Part shown: positions 13,800 through 14,663 of the stretch, piece after piece
How positions within the stretch are numbered: the stretch's first letter is position 1
Layout: each line of letters opens with the position of its first letter
Program-made: the position numbers and the translations under genes
Notes under the pieces: generated by a model
Databases searched by the model: none
Told to the model about the DNA's origin: nothing
Seen by the model: the letters and a program-made list of their open reading frames with translations, nothing else
DNA from: an uncultured Methanosarcinales archaeon
Lineage (GTDB): Archaea; Nanobdellota; Nanobdellia; Woesearchaeales; CAZYIM01
Direction: 5' to 3'
Assembly: GCA_964647565.1 (NCBI GenBank)
Contig: CAZYIM010000050.1
Coordinates: forward strand, 1-14,663
DNA: 14,663 nt

Positions 13800-14366
13800 T
13801 TACTTAGCCAATAATCTATAAACAGCACCTGCTGCACAACCCAGGCCAAATGCAATAGCTGTTTTTTTTCCAGTTCTAAGCAGACCAGTCTTCATTTGGT
13901 TCTTAAGCCAGGAAGGATCATAAGAAGTTGCTTCTATTGATTCCAGCATAGTTTTAGCAGATTCAGATCGATCAGAATATGCGTTTAAATCTTTCATAAA
14001 ACTAGAATTATTGTTCATTATCTTATTCAATTTCTGGATTTTTTTAGAAACCATATATTTACTGGACAATCCTACAGCAGGAGGACCTAAAGTCATTGCA
14101 GCACTATAACCTATTGGTAGTGGATTTCCAGAGCCAATCATAAAGCCAGCTGTAGCCGCAGGCCCAAAAAAAACAAGGTTACCTAAACCAGTACCAAATT
14201 TCTCAGTTATGTTCCCCACAATCTTCTGTGCAGAAGACTTTTTACCCTTAACATCAGTAATCACTTTCACTAGGATTGTATCAATAAATCTATCCGAAGT
14301 ATAAGTATAATCCGTGTGATTCGCCGCCATCAGTGGTTTTTCAGGAATTTGAAAATTTCGATTCAT
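13800..14366 (-). CDS. Hypothetical membrane-associated protein
   Basis: 188-aa ORF with SD GAGGTGA (14371-14377) and BRE/TATA CCGAAACA-TTTAAATA (14405-14420). Gly/Ala-rich hydrophobic hairpin in the middle and a hydrophobic C-terminal helix. Confidence 0.72.
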   Translation of the reverse strand: MNRNFQIPEKPLMAANHTDYTYTSDRFIDTILVKVITDVKGKKSSAQKIVGNITEKFGTGLGNLVFFGPAATAGFMIGSGNPLPIGYSAAMTLGPPAVGLSSKYMVSKKIQKLNKIMNNNSSFMKDLNAYSDRSESAKTMLESIEATSYDPSWLKNQMKTGLLRTGKKTAIAFGLGCAAGAVYRLLAK

Positions 14367-14426
14367 AATATCACCTCTTATTATGCGTATAATAGATTTA
14401 CCAGTATTTAAATGTTTCGGTTTTTT

Positions 14427-14442
14427 ACCACTATTTAGTGGT
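14427..14442. promoter_or_regulatory. 16-bp palindrome, operator-like
   Basis: ACCACTA-TT-TAGTGGT, between the endonuclease IV stop and the BRE/TATA of the 13800-14366 gene. Confidence 0.35.
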
Positions 14443-14663
14443 TAAATAATAGAAAGCATCCTCTCGACATCGGCAAAAGGATCTGGACTTTCGCAGATTA
14501 TCCTTATGTCTTTTTTCTGCCTCTGTAATTCTGTATAGAGTTTTTTCCATTCATCCATTGAAACAAGCAGATGCCTGCGCTCACCCTTTTCTGTAAACTC
14601 AATTCCCGAGAAATGCGCATGTATACGCGAGTTTGGCAGCCTTGAAACAACATCATTGTAATC
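14442..14663 (-). CDS. nfo: Endonuclease IV-like TIM-barrel AP endonuclease, archaeal type, C-terminal part (5'-truncated by the window edge); absent from the ORF track
   Basis: Manual translation: DYNDVVSRLPNSRIHAHFSGIEFTEKGERRHLL...IRIICESPDPFADVERMLSII*. HxHFSGIE..xKGE++H and IICESP are typical of archaeal endonuclease IV. Confidence 0.85.
   Translation of the reverse strand, partial: DYNDVVSRLPNSRIHAHFSGIEFTEKGERRHLLVSMDEWKKLYTELQRQKKDIRIICESPDPFADVERMLSII

Overview
Archaeal genome segment, most likely a DPANN (Woesearchaeota-like) organism. This is inferred from TATA/BRE promoters about 20-23 nt upstream of leaderless ATGs, GGTGA-type ribosome-binding sites, the PIN-rpoE1-spt4-rps24e-rps27ae cluster and a tandem-Lrp regulator. 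From left to right: the 3' part of an AT-rich NitT/TauT-type ABC transporter operon; an orphan 3' remnant of a probable TrmB-like regulator gene; an RsmC-like methyltransferase; an orphan protein; a small CARF-like protein; a long-form PurC; MgtC/SapB; the conserved transcription/translation cluster, including an S27ae gene missed by the ORF track; a ~120-nt highly structured intergenic element that may be an unannotated RNA; a PAC2 protein; a Ham1/RdgB NTP pyrophosphatase; and UMP kinase. The most interesting part is a compact accessory module at 9462-13781. A tandem Lrp/AsnC regulator is divergent from a tightly overlapped operon encoding an HD phosphohydrolase, two different SPASM/twitch radical SAM enzymes and a thymidylate-kinase-like protein. 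This suggests an uncharacterised nucleotide-modifying pathway (inference). The window ends with a hypothetical membrane protein and the 3' end of an endonuclease IV gene. No tRNA, confidently identified rRNA, CRISPR array or transposase was seen.
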